From Octopus sinensis (Eukaryota), in assembly GCF_006345805.1 (NCBI RefSeq), contig NC_042998.1:98828001-98892000 (forward strand): a stretch of 64,000 bases of DNA, read 5' to 3'. The first letter of the stretch is position 1. Each line of letters starts with the position of its first letter. This document shows positions 23,821-36,769 of the stretch, in pieces. The notes under the pieces were generated by a model. That model did no database searches. It saw only the letters and a program-made list of their open reading frames with translations, and was not told the origin of the DNA. The position numbers and the translations under genes are program-made.

Positions 23821-24039
23821 CAGCCTTTCATTGTTTATAATCTGTACCTGTTTTTTTGGTTATAAAATAAGTTATACAAAATGTGTTTTTGAATTACGTA
23901 TATTTACTTTATATACCTATATGAGTTGAAACTTTCTTTCAACATTTCACTTAACATCTATGTTCCATGTTGGCATGGGTTGGAGAGTTGTTAACATAGA
24001 AAGTTGGTATCTCAGCTACTAGCAGTTGAGACTTGCATA

Positions 24040-25080
24040 ATCTAGACATTCTGCCAGTACACCTTTTGATTGTGAATGGCTATGGTTTCTACCATACTGT
24101 GAGTTCTTATTTCCTTGTCCTTGAGGTTATCCTTTTGATGGATTTCATTATAGAGTGTCCTAACAGACTGTGCACTACAAAAGCCAGAACATCTCAAAGT
24201 GATGAACAGAGATATGCACAGCTGACAAGGAATAGGAACTCCACTGCAGAATGAAGAGCAGTTGCAACAGCTCAGAGAAGCAACTTCTATGAAGCAGCTT
24301 TCAATTATGATCCAGCAGTTCATTATGCAGATGTCTCATAGGTAGATAATACCATGATAACATTTTTTGACAACTGCTTATGATGTGGGTGATACCTTTG
24401 GTGTTAACTCCACAAAGCCTGCATCAGTTGTCATATTTTACTGCTGTTCCTGCATTTCTAACTCTTTTGTGCATCAGGTACTTGGTTAATATTTCCTGTT
24501 CCTGGATTGCAAACGCATACCCTTCAAAGTGGGAGGTAGTAATCCAGCTATTGGTCCATGAAAGACTGCTTTGATGATCAATGTTATTATTATCTCAGAG
24601 CTTTCTACTAACATATCCATGCATAGTCTTCTGCTCATATAGGCTCAACCTTTCATCTGATGATACGTTGTGGTAGAGTCATGTGACTTCTTTGGGCATG
24701 CATTCTAGGTTATCAGACAAGGAATGTTGCTCAAGAAGCTGCCTTCCATGTCTTATAATGTTATCAGCCAACCCTTGGTGGTTAAAAGATGTTGCTGAAG
24801 TGATATGATACAAAATTCAAAGGCACTTTGGATTGATGTTAAGCCTCTGCTGTCTTGTCACTGTTTAAGTGAAAATTATGTGTGTTTGTTAGTATTTTTC
24901 AGGTTTTCACATCAATGGCTTGGATCTCATCATGCATTCAATCAAGCAGCCCAAAATGTTGGCATGAGTACTGGCATTGCAAACACATTGTGGACCACTG
25001 TTTTATTGAATGCAGAGTGTTCTGAGGTCCAAATTTTCTTTATTTGGCTGCAATATTCTTTAGTGACATATGTTTTGTTA
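24040..25080 (-). mobile_element. R4/Dong-like LINE fragment, 5' end abutting (TACA)n
   Basis: rc: VTKEY..IKKIWTSE.SAFNK; ITTSHFEGYAFAIQEQEI; CRLC..HIISSC; RTLYNEI. Confidence 0.85.
24161..24333 (+). other. ~173-bp copy of the neighbouring Helitron segment 23306-23478 inside the R4 LINE
   Basis: Near-identical to 23306-23478, including the TGA stop; LINE sequence resumes on both sides. Confidence 0.9.
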
Positions 25081-25727
25081 CATGTATGTATGTATGTATG
25101 TATGTATGTATGTATGTATGTATGTATGTATGTATGTAGGTAGGTAGGTAGGTATGTATGTATGTATGTAGGTAGGTAGGTAGGTAGGTAGGTAGGTAGA
25201 TAGGTAGGTAGGTAGGTCAGTAGATAGGTATGTGGGTAGGCATGTAGGTTGGTAGGTAGGTAGATATATATCTATAGACAGATATAGATAAATAGAGGAT
25301 AGATATTTAAAGACAGAGATAGATAGATAAATAGACAGAAAGATAGATAGATAGTTAGATACATAGATATGTGTGTGTGTAGATAGATAGATAGATAGAT
25401 AGATAGTGTGTATGTGTATGCTTGCAGATAGATATAGATATATCATATATGTATGTTCGTGTGAATGTCAGTGGGTGTGTTTAGGAGTATATTTGTGGAT
25501 ATATGTTTGTATGTACATATGTATGTATGTATGTATGTATATATGTATGTATGTAACTATGTATGTATGTATAAATTTGTGTCTGTCTCTACTCAATGAA
25601 TTTCACAGCATATTTATTTTGTTATTCATATGATGAATATGTGTTTGTATGGACAATCATATATATACATGTAAGTGTGAGAGAGTGAATGTGTGTGTGT
25701 GTGTGTGTGTGTGTGCATGTGTGTGTA

Positions 25728-25758
<31 letters not shown>

Positions 25759-26161
25759 CTGTATGTGTGGATTTTGGGGGTGTTTATGTGTATATATCTG
25801 AGCGTGTTTATGTGGGAAGTAAAAACATATATGGGTGTGCCTAGCGTCCACTTAATGTGCTTATGAAGACTGTTTCAATGAATGAAACTTAGAACTGACA
25901 TACCTGTTTGAGAATGTGAAAGGGGGATGTCCTTAAAACAGAAATAAAGACAAAAAGGAAGGAAGGAAAGAAGGAAGAAAGGAAAGAAGGGAGGAAAGGA
26001 GAGAAAGAAAAGAAGGAAGGAAAGAAAGAAGGAAAAAAACATGAACAAGATTTGGGCAGCCTAAGGGACACTTAGTATGAAAGTAGTGATAGGTTTATGT
26101 GAACAAGATAGAACCAGTTCTCAGTTTTCAGTTATGCTAAACATTTCACCTGTAGCCTTAC

Positions 26162-26275
26162 TTTGAAATGCTGCATATTGTTATCTTCTGCTTCTTAGAC
26201 CCACCCAGCTCTGGAGACCAAAGTAGATCTACTTTGTGTGTACGTGTGGGTGTGATAGTTATGCTTGTTTTCACC
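26162..26275 (-). CDS. Candidate exon of unknown host gene (VKTSITITPTRTHKVDLLWSPELGGSKKQKITICSIS)
   Basis: TTCTATATCAACAG| acceptor, AA|GTAAGG donor, 114 nt, phase 2-2, one open frame. Confidence 0.65.
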
Positions 26276-27598
26276 CTGTTGATATAGAATACCCACACCC
26301 GTTCCCACAAACACTGCCATTCACATGTTATGTGTGTGGTTTGTGTGTGTGTGATCGCCATTGTTTTAATGTCCACTTTTCAATGCCTGCATGGGTCAGA
26401 TGAAGTTCTTTATGCAGTTGTTGTCAGTGTTAACTGTGTGGACCATGTTGTGGTCAGTCTTTCAGTGGCATTCACTATAGTAATGAATGCTACTGAAAAA
26501 CTGTCCACACAAACAGCTACTAAAACAACAGCTATTGTTATGAAGATAATTAAGCTATCAATAGGCATATTCCAGGGTAATAGTTTATCTGTAATGTTGT
26601 TTGTAATGGCAGTGAATTCCTTGTTAGCCCTGTTGATAAAACACCAAAACTACATGCTGGTATATGCAGAAAAGGAATAAAATTAATGTCACCCACACAT
26701 TTGTTGCTGATGACCTAAAGTTATATTCTGGTTGTATGATCAAAATCAAGAGATAGTTAGAACTAGTCACAACATTCTCATGAGGCATTCAAATGGGTTT
26801 TGGGCAAGATAAATGCTTGTACATGATAGTCAACATATACATCAATGGCTTGTCTATCTCACCTATTTCTATTGATGAAAACCACAAGTATCTGGAAATC
26901 AATGAGAATAAATGACCAGCACTAGCAGCTTCTAAATTAATAGCAACACCAATAAGATCTATGTGAAATGAAATGGTGGTTGTAGAGGCATAAGGTCAGT
27001 CCAGACAGCCTTTGGATGTCACATTGTATCACTCAGACAACACCTGGACAGTAAAGAAAGAAATAAGTACATTCCATGCATACTCAAAAGTGAGAGCAAT
27101 ATCTTCAGTGTTAGAGAACAACTACTGTGCAAGTAATATGAGAATACAACTGTTTCATGTGACTAAAATGAGGCTGAAGTGGCCTACCTAAACAAATGTT
27201 TGGAAGAGAAGCAGGTATCATACCACATGAGTATTCTGTAAGCGAGAGAGCAGCAACAGAATTGACAGGAAGAGTAACCCCTCCAGGATGTGTAATAAAT
27301 ACATTACATCCCACCTAGAAGGGTATGTCTTTTCTATTGTGCAACAGGAGATAGTGACTAAATACCTGATAAACAAGAGGGACAAAGATACTACCAAACC
27401 TCCAATGATCAAAATGTCAGCTTTGCTATACCAGTGTGGAAGCTATTACACACATCATCAGCAAATGCCCTAAAATGTCTATGAGATACTACCTGCCCCT
27501 GAGACATTGTATAGTTGCAAAGACTATTTACAGTGCTATCTGTGGGAATGATTGCCCTGATGTATACATCAAAGGCATGTCAGAACCAGCATATATTC

Positions 27599-29402
27599 TG
27601 TTGTATAGTGGAACTGTATGCCCCACCTAGTAAAAAGTGGTAGGGATCAGCCATTATAAATAGATCAGTAGCTGGTCATCAAGAGAGAGTTGAGAGTTGA
27701 AGAGTTGAGAGTTGAAGAGTTAAGAGTCGAAGAGTTGAGAGTCGACTGTTCTAGTCAGTGTCTTTTGGAGCTATCAGTAATAGTAAGACAGAAGAAGTTT
27801 GTGTATTACTATTCTAGTACAAAGAGATTCAATGGTATTCAATGACTAGTAAATATTGTGGCTACTAGTGTAAAACAGCAAGTACAGTACAATGGGGCAG
27901 TCACAGATCACACCAGTGAGAGGAACCTGCTTTACAACAGTGGTGAAGAGGAAAAACAAATTTATGTGGAGTGAAAAAAAAAGCCTTCACACGGAGCATT
28001 TAAACTAATTCACGTGGAAAATCAAATAACTTGACAAAAAAACGAAACAAAAATCTTGTTGTGCAAACTTATGGAAATTGTAAAATATAGAAGATTTGTT
28101 AGCTGGGGTAGCTGAGTAGCAAAAACAGCAACAACAACAACTCAAGAAACAACGAGAAAAACGACAAGGATTGCAGCAGCAAATATTACAACTAATGAAG
28201 TTGATAATCAAACCAGAGAATACAATTTCACCTGACCATATAGTAAATTCCATAAGCAGATTCAAATATGAACCTGAAGGAGGAGTAACCATCGAGGCTT
28301 ACTTTCAAAGATTTGAACAAATTTTTGAAAAAGAATGTCAGGATTGGATAGACAAAATGAAAATGCATCTAGTTTTAAGAAAACTAGCAACAGTAGAGCA
28401 TAAGAAGTATAGTAACTTCATATTGCAAAAATAAGTGTACAGCACAAATTTGACCAACACAGTTGACATTTTGTGCAAAATATTTAGTGAAAAGAGCTCA
28501 CTGTTTAATACAGGTTCATTCACAGTAGACGTTTTTGGTTGCAAACAAACCATAAATCTCTAATAACGATATATGGATCTAAGAGAGGAATCCTGACATA
28601 TACGACAAACAGACTGCAGCGATGGGGTACCGTTCTATTAAACTATGATTATAGAATGGAAATCTGCCTTCAAAAACGTTGAGGCATGCTGATGATCTGT
28701 CTACGTTAATTTCAAGAAATAATGAACCACTGGAGGACACTGTAATAGCAGTGCTAAGAGTGGAAGTGAAAACTAAAAAAAAAATGTGGAACATCATTCA
28801 TGAACTACCAGTAACTATGGAAGAAATAAAAAAAAATACGAGAAATGACAATTTATTAATGAGTCAAAAAGAAAACTGTGGTCAGCAAAAGGAAATAAAG
28901 AAAAGTCTGATGCAAAGAACCGCCAAGATGTGAGCGTGTACTCTATATGTGATGGTGTACTAATGTACGCTCAGAAAGTGGTCATACCACAGACATTGCA
29001 GAAGAGAATGCTAAAAGACTTCCATGCAGGACACCCAGGCATCTCAAGATTGAAAGCGCTGATGCGAAGTTTCGTATACTTGCCATGCATGGACAAGGAA
29101 GTTGAAAACCTGGTAAAATGCTGCAGTGAAACTGCTTACTACAAAATGTGAACCTAGGCTGGAAGTGAAAATACCATGGTCCTGATTGCATATTGATTTT
29201 GCAGGCCCAGTAAATGGATATTATTTCTTAATAGTAGTGGACAGCTATACAAAATGGCCTGAGGTCACAAGGTGTATTTCAGTATGAAGACATACCATGG
29301 TATCCAATGACTAGTAACTATTGTGGCTACTAGTGTAAAACAGCAACTACAGTACAATGGCAGCCACACATCACACTAGTGGGGGAAACTCACTTTGCAA
29401 CA
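27599..29402 (+). mobile_element. Ty3/Gypsy LTR retrotransposon remnant, internally deleted, 5-bp TSD TATTC
   Basis: 5' LTR 27599-27939 (TGTTGTA...TACAACA), PBS-like GTGGTGAAGAGG, gag-like EAYFQRFEQIFE, integrase HAGHPG..CC and HIDFAGP..VDSYTKWPEV, partial 3' LTR ~29272-29402; TATTC at 27594-98 and 29403-07. Confidence 0.92.
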
Positions 29403-29838
29403 TATTCACACCTTTAAAAACAAAGAATAGTGGTGGAGTACTCCCATAAAAACAGAAATTTGGTGCAAACATAATAGACTTAATATTGTTCTGTATGGCA
29501 GGGAACAAACGTTATGCACTGTTGTAGAGGTTAGCTGCCCAGTGGATGTGAATGTACAATCAAAAGACCAGAAGAAAAAGAGAACATTTAATGAATTAAT
29601 GTGGAACTTACAGCTCTTGTACCCTGACTATAAATTCTCATTTGTAGCTATCATCATAGGTGTATTAGGCTATGTACCAACAAATTTACACAAAAAAACT
29701 TAGAAATACTATTTTTTTTAAAGGAAGTGCAAAAGAAACTGATGTGGATTCTCCAAGCACAATCTATTAGTGGTACACTGAAAAATTTTAAGACATTCTA
29801 AAAATTCTCCATCTGAGATTCTTTAGGTGATAAATGCA

Positions 29839-30003
29839 CACACCTAGGTGTTTGCAGTGACAGCTCAACCATACACCTGGGTGTGTGCAGTGACAGCTCA
29901 ACCACACACCTGGGTGTGTGCAGTGACAGCTCAACCACACACCTGGGTGTGTGCAGTGACAGCTCAACCACACGCCTGGGTGTGTGCAGTGACAGCCCAA
30001 CCA
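29839..30003 (+). repeat. 33-bp minisatellite x5 in the R4 3' UTR
   Basis: CACACCTGGGTGTGTGCAGTGACAGCTCAACCA repeated five times. Confidence 0.95.
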
Positions 30004-30120
30004 AACACCAACTCAACTGCATATTTTCATAAACTGAAAACTCTTTTAATCAAAACGTCTTGTGGCTTTGTTAGCAACTGGTTTGAACTTTAAGAACTTG
30101 AATAAATCTCCAAAAAATAA

Positions 30121-30394
30121 AACATACATACATACATACATACTTACATACATACATACATACATACATGCATGCATGCATACATACATGCATGCATGCA
30201 TGCATGCATACATACATACATACATACATACATACATACATACATACAACATACATACATACATACATACATACATACATACATGCATGCATGCATACAT
30301 ACATGCATGCATGCATGCATGCATACATACATACATACATACATACATACATACATACATACATACATACATACATACATACATACATACATAC
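30121..30394. repeat. (TACA)n/(TGCA)n microsatellite between two R4 copies
   Basis: Visible directly. Confidence 0.95.
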
Positions 30395-32032
30395 GACCTC
30401 AAGATTTATGCTAAAAGTGTCAACAATGTCAAAAAACAACTGGAATTGATAACAACAGTTTCAGCTGATATAGGCATGGAATTTGGCCAAAGGAAATGTT
30501 CATATTTGGTAATAGAACGAGGAAAATCAGTCCCTCAAACCCAAAACCTGTACATCAACAGTTTCTCCACCTCCTCCACTCCACACAAAGAATGTTACAA
30601 ATACCTAGGCATAGATGAAAATGTATCATATGAAAGCACTGTAAATAAAGATAGAGTGACCCAAGAATATTACACCAGACTTAGGAAATATGGTAGCTGG
30701 CACTCTCCTCTTACAACAAAACAATATCCCACAATGCATTTGCAGTACGAGTGCTGATCTCAACATTTGGGATACTTGATTGGTCTGTAGAGAAAATCCA
30801 CCCTATAGATATCAAAACCTGAAAAATCTTGAGAACAACTGGGAACTTCCACAAAAACAGTGATGTTGACAGGCTCTACCTAAGAAGAAATGAAAGTGGC
30901 AGAGGCCTGAGATCAGTGCAGATGGCCTTCGAAGCCATATGGTATCACTCAGGCAGCACCTGCTGAACAACAGCAGCAAAAATAAATATATAAATGCAGT
31001 GCTGAAAAGTGAAGTGAGCAACATTGTACAAGTTAGCAGTGAGCTCCTTAAGAAGCACTCTCTTCCTGATGATCTCCTATACAGCCCCAAAACAGCTGGG
31101 TTCTCTTACCCCAGAGAAGACCTGGATAGAAAGCACTCATCATACAAAAAAAAAGACTATGCATGGGTATGTTGCCCGGAAGCTTGAAGAAGACAATAGA
31201 ATTGACACAAAGTGCAGCCTTTCTTGGACACAAGATCACTACATCACACTTTGAAGGCTATGTATTTGCAATCCAGGAACAGGAAATTGTTACAAAATAC
31301 CTGGTGAACAAGAAAGACGGTGATGCTCTTGTAATCCCAAGTTGCGACCATATGTGCAGGCTATGTCATGTTTCTGTGGAAGACATCGTGCATGTGATTA
31401 GCAGCTGTCCAAAAATGTCATCATGGTACTACCTCCGTATGTGGCACAATGTTGTCATTAAAACAATTTACAAAATACTGTCCTGAAATAAACTTAGAAA
31501 ATCCCTCTGTTTTAGAATACATTCATAAACTATAACTCAAGGAATATTGGTGGAATATTCCCATCAAAACTTCTTTCAAATGTAAACATAACTGGCTAGA
31601 TATTGTTGTTTGGGCCAGAAGGGCAAAGGTATGTACTCTCAGAGGTTAGCTGTCCTACAGATATAAATATCTCTTTGAAAATCAAAGTAAAAGGGGATAT
31701 CTATGGACAACTACTTTGAAACCTCCAGCTTCTCTATCCAGACTATGAATTCATATTCATACCAATAATAATTGGAGTACTAGGTTTTGTTAGTAAATGC
31801 TTAAAGGAAATTCTGGATAAACTGGGATTTTCAGAAAGAGAAATCGACTTGCTAATTTGTACATTACAAGTGCAATCTGTGAGTGGAACAGTAAAAATAT
31901 GCAAGACTTTTCTGAAGTTCCAAATGTGAATTTGTCTGTGTTAATTACAACCCAAAGATGGAGCCTTGTATCTTTGTTGGAAATTGGCTTCCTCCTCAGT
32001 GGAAGATTTATAATAATTAAAAAATAGAAGAG
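30395..32032 (+). mobile_element. R4/Dong-like LINE copy B, 5'-truncated at DLKIY
   Basis: DLKIYAK..MEFGQRKC; YKYLGIDE; SHFEGYVFAIQEQEI; CRLCHVS.EDIVHVISSC; EVSCP; 3' UTR then (TACA)n. Confidence 0.9.
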
Positions 32033-32139
32033 ATATACATACATACATACATACATACATACATACATACATACATACATACATACATACATACATACAT
32101 ACATACATACATACATACATACATACATACATACATACA

Positions 32140-32630
32140 AACATAAAATACAAAGATTGAAAGACTCATCAGGTTAGAATATAACTGGTCAGATATTGTG
32201 AGGGACCATTGGAAAAAGATAAGTTCTGCTGTGGAAATCAGATGCTTTCTAGATACCAATGTTGTCAGAAAACATGGGGAAAAAAGCACATCTAGGGAAA
32301 CGCTGATATGGAGTTTGCAAATCCTGTATTCAAGATACATTTTCAGCTTATAAAGCTGAAAGTATATCTTGTTCTTATTGAAGCAACAGGATGCATACCC
32401 ATCCACCGGAAGCAAAGTATGAGTGAACTTGGATTCTTGAAGAGAATGCAACTCCTTTATTCATACACTACTAATAATCACAATATCTGGGACAACAAAA
32501 ATCTAAAAGACCTTCATTAAATTTAGTGGATAATGAGCAAAACAAGATGCTTTCTTTCACAACCTTGCTACAAAGCAAGTGTCTGGTTAAAATTTATTCT
32601 AAATTAAAAAGAGGAAATAAAACATACATT
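32140..32630 (+). mobile_element. R4/Dong-like LINE copy C (diverged REL region and 3' end)
   Basis: YNWSDIV..EIRCFLDTNV; IEATGCIP..ELGF; ISGTTKI; ends AAATAAAACATAC like copy A. Confidence 0.65.
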
Positions 32631-33139
32631 CATTCACATATGCGTCCATCCATCCATCCATACATACATATAAACATGCATATATGCATATACATATGCA
32701 TATACATATGCATACATACAATCACACACACACAAACACACACACACACATACATACAATCATACAATCATATGTGTGTATATATTGTAATTTACTTGTT
32801 GATCCTATTAATCATGTATAATATTACTTATAGTAATGTATTTGTATTTGTTTGACTTATTTGATATAATTAAAGCAATTAATCAAAGAAACTAATACAT
32901 CTGATCTTGCTCTGCCCGATGTCAGCCTTGACTGAGCAAAACTATGATCAAAGACATTCCAGTCTTGACCAACCCCTCATTTCAGATTATAATGTACCTA
33001 GAACTACATACACCCAATATTTTCTTTCTTTTAAAATGGTCAGGTGTGGTAGAAAATAGGTTTGGTAGCTAATTATAACAGGTGAGTAACCATGTAGAGA
33101 TTTGCTTGTTGTTTTATGGATTTGTTTCTCCTCTATGTA

Positions 33140-33300
33140 GGCACAGATATGGTTGTGTGGGTAGGAAGATCACTTTGCAACCATGTGTGTTTAGACCTAC
33201 AGCACAGTACCTTTGACAAGTGTCTTCTATATAGCCTGAAGTCAACCAATGCCTTGTAAGTGAATTTGGTAGATGGAAAATGTATGGAAGCCTGTTTTGT
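33140..33300 (+). mobile_element. SINE family A head
   Basis: GGTTGTGTGGGTAGGAAG...CAAGTGTCTTCTATATAGCC...TTTGGTAGATGGAAA. Confidence 0.7.
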
Positions 33301-33307
33301 ATACATC

Positions 33308-33880
33308 TACAAAGATCAGCTAAAAAGTTCATAGGCTGACCAAGATATTCTCATGGAATGCGACCAAATGAGATTTGTTTTTCTACATAGTCCCCTTTAC
33401 AATCCACACACTTCATCTATTGATGTTGCAGTGCTTGGATCCCATTGGTGAAGATGCTTTCATCCTGTTTGTCAAACAAGTCATTGACAGCATACATGAC
33501 ATTATCATTACTGTGATACTGGTTCCCAGTCAAGTGTTTTTTTATGTTGGAGATGAGAGTCAGATGGGGCCAAATCAGGAGAATAAAAGGGTGATCAACC
33601 AGTTCAAAGCTATGGTCATGCACAGTAGCCACTGAAGCCAAGAACTTGTGTGCAGGAGCATTGACCTTGTGAAACAAGACCCCTTTCATCAGTTTTCCTG
33701 AGCATTTGATCTTGATAGTCTTTCATAACTCCTCAGCAAGTTGGCATAGTACTCTCCATTGATGGTGAGGCCTTTTTGAAGATAGTCAATAAACACAATG
33801 CATTTTGCAATTCAAAAGACAAACCTCACCTTCCCTGCAGATGAGATGACCTTGGCCTTCTTTGAAGCAGGTGGGAAAGT
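33308..33880 (-). mobile_element. mariner transposase 3' fragment with TIR
   Basis: rc: KKAKVISSAGKV; IVFIDYLQKG; KGVLFHKVNAPAH (decayed QDNAPAH); LVDHP; FTNGIQALQH; TIR CAGCTAAAAAGTTCATAGGCTGACC. Confidence 0.88.
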
Positions 33881-34084
33881 GTCATCTATCATCTATCATC
33901 ATGTGGTGAACACAATCAATGTTTTCCTCAGTGCTGGATGTTTTTAGGCCAATGCACAGTGCGGCCAGTCCTGGTGACATAGGGTTTGTTCGTGTTAGGC
34001 AGTGGCAACGAAAATGTATTATTTTGTCCAACCCTGTATATATTAATCAAAGTCTACAGTATCATATATCCATTACAGCTGATC

Positions 34085-34546
34085 TTAGTTAGTTAGTTAG
34101 TTAAATTTTTTGGCTCAAAAAGCAAAAAGGAAGGCCATGTAGGGGGACATGGAGTTATGTACAGGGTGGTGTTCATGTAAAGAGTTCAGGCCACTTGTGG
34201 TCAAGGGAGACTTTGAACAGAGCGGTCGTCGGCATCTTCACCATCTTGTCCGGCAGCTCATTCCACGGATCCGCAACCCGGACGGAGAAAGCCCCTCTCC
34301 TTCGATTGAGATGAAATCGTCGCAGATAGAGCTTTTCGGAATGACCCCGCAGCCGACGCTCTGGAGCAGGAGTGAAGAACATCTCTTTCAAGAGGTTACA
34401 CTTTCTGCTTATGATGTTGTGAGCAAGAATGAGATCACCACGGCGTCGTCGTTTTTTTAGAGAATAAAGGTCGAGCATCTTCAGCCTTTCTTCATAAGAC
34501 AAATTCTTGAGACCAAGAACCATGCGGGTAGCCAGCTTCTGGACTC
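34085..34546 (-). mobile_element. CR1-like LINE 3' fragment with (TAAC)n tail
   Basis: RVQKLATRMV..LSYEERL..RRRRGDLI..LRGHSEKL..RVADPWNELP. Confidence 0.9.
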
Positions 34547-34550
34547 TTAC

Positions 34551-34626
34551 CAATCGGTTTTGCACAATGGACTCAACAATGTCAGATAACAGTCCAATAA
34601 TGTAACCCTGCACTCTTCAGCAGTAG
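34551..34626 (-). CDS. Candidate exon of unknown host gene (TAEECRVTLLDCYLTLLSPLCKTD)
   Basis: ATTTCATTTCACAACAG| acceptor, TG|GTAAGA donor, 76 nt, phase 1-2, joins in frame to 37943 and 26275. Confidence 0.55.
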
Positions 34627-34944
34627 CTGTTGTGAAATGAAATATGGTGACTGCTCTCTATTTTTGGAGGTGAACAGACACGTCTGGTTTGTGGTTGCTG
34701 TAAAAAAAGACAATGAAATGAACCGAGCAGGGGTTAAGTTAAAAATTATGTCCCTTGGTATGAAAAGCATCATCTCCTTTGGTGGTTTTGTTGCAAGTTG
34801 GTAAGAGTTTTATGGAAAAGAGTTTATGGGAAATGTTTGTATCTTTAAGGTTGGTGTTCTAATTGATATACACCCTATGTCAACACACTAATTGACAGAT
34901 ATCCATTTGTCCAAAATTTACATACACACACACACATACTTTTA

Positions 34945-35950
34945 TATCATCATCATCATCGTTTAACGTCTGTTTTCCATGCTGGCATGGGTCAGACAGT
35001 TTGACTGAGGTCTGGAGAGCCAGTGGCTGCACCAGGCTCCAATCTGATCTGGCAATATTTCTACAGGTGGATGCCCTTCCTAACACCAACCACTCTGAGA
35101 GTGTAGTGGGTGCTTTTTACGTGCCACCAGCACAGAGCCAGTCAGAGGGTACTGGCATCAGTCATGTTCAAATAGTGTTTCTCACATGCTACCAGCATGG
35201 AAGCCAGTCAGGCAGCCCTGACATCAATCATGTTCAGATGGTGCTTTTTATGTGCCATGAGCACAGGAGCCAGTCAGGTGGACCTGGCACCAACCACATT
35301 CAGATGATGTATTTTATGTGCCACCAGAACAGGAGTCACTTAAGGGGCACTGGCCACAGCTATGATTTCGATTTTACTTGACTCAACAGGTCTTCTCAAG
35401 TATATCATATTGCCTGATGCATCAAGGGTACTTCTAAATGAGCTGATCATGCAACACTGCCATTGGCCATGGCTGTGATCTCACTTGACTTGCCAGGGCT
35501 TCTCAATCATATCATATCTCCAAAGGTCTCGGTCTTCTGTCATTGCCTCTGTGAGGCCCAATGTTTGAAGATCATGCTACACTACCTCATCCCATGTCTT
35601 CCTGGATTTACCTTTTCCACAAGTTCCTTCCACAGTTAAGGTGTGACACTTCCTCACACAGCTGTTTTCATCCATATGTAACACATGACCATACCAGTGC
35701 AGTCTTCTGTCTTGCACACCACATTTGATGCTTCTTATGTCCAACTTTTCTTTCAGGGCACTCACACTCTGTTGTGTATGCACACTGACATTAGACATCC
35801 AGCAGATCATACAAGCCTCATTTCTTTCAAGCCTACACATGTTCTCAGCAGCCACAGTCCATGTTTCAATGCCATGTAGCATGGCAGTTCGCTTACATGC
35901 TTCATACAGTCTACCTTTCATCCTTAGCGAGTGGCCATTTGTTGCCAGCA
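34945..35950 (-). mobile_element. RTE LINE 3' part with repeat-containing UTR
   Basis: RTAMLHGIETW..RLERNEA..GKSRKTWDEVV; (GAT)n tail at 34945. Confidence 0.9.
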
Positions 35951-36016
35951 GAGACACACAGACACACACACACACACGCACACCCACCCACGCACACATA
36001 CACATGCACACACACA

Positions 36017-36047
<31 letters not shown>

Positions 36048-36149
36048 TACACATATCTGTAAACATAAATTCAGAAAAGAACCAGACTGGTTGAGCATGC
36101 TATATATAATGCATATATGTGTGTGTGTGTATCTATGTGAGTGTACGTC

Positions 36150-36365
36150 TTTGTGTCTGTGTTTGTCCCCCATTACTACTTGACAACTGGTGTTGGTGTT
36201 TTTACAGCCCTGTAACTTAAGGGTTCAGTAAAAGAGACCGATAGAATAAGTACTAGGCTTAAGAAAAGTAAAATAAGTCCTGGAATCAATTTGTTTGAGT
36301 AAAACCCCTTCAGGCAGTGCTCTAGCATGGCCACAGTCAAATGACAGAAAGAAGTAAAAGAACAA
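36150..36365 (+). mobile_element. SINE family A 3' module
   Basis: AAAGAGACCGATAGAATAAGTACTAGGC...AGCATGGCCACAGTCAAATG. Confidence 0.8.
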
Positions 36366-36515
36366 GAATACATACATATACACATACATACATATACATA
36401 CACACACACACACACACATGCATATGCGTACATGCATAAATGCATGCATACATATATACATACATATATATATATTTAAATATATATACATACACGCATA
36501 TAGAGCTAGCTAGCT

Positions 36516-36560
<45 letters not shown>

Positions 36561-36769
36561 CATGTAAGAGAAGTATGGTATTTCTATTAAAAATTTTATG
36601 TCTGTATAATTGCTTCTGCTGCAATAATAAATGCCACGTTTATGAGGAAACTAAAAATACAAAATATCTGCAGGAAAATGGGTCACTGAAGAACATTTAT
36701 ATGATAAGAGTTAACAAGATAAAGAAAAAAAACAAGAAGAAAGAAAAAATGAGAAAGATAGACAGCTAA

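Larger units (their letters stand above)
26480..30120 (+). mobile_element. R4/Dong-like LINE copy A (RT to REL to 3' UTR), interrupted by a Gypsy element
   Basis: GIFQGNSLSV; SHLEGYVFSIVQQEIVTKYL; HIISKCP..YYLPLRH; after the insertion WW...VEVSCP...LYPDYKF; 3' UTR ends in (TACA)n. Confidence 0.88.
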
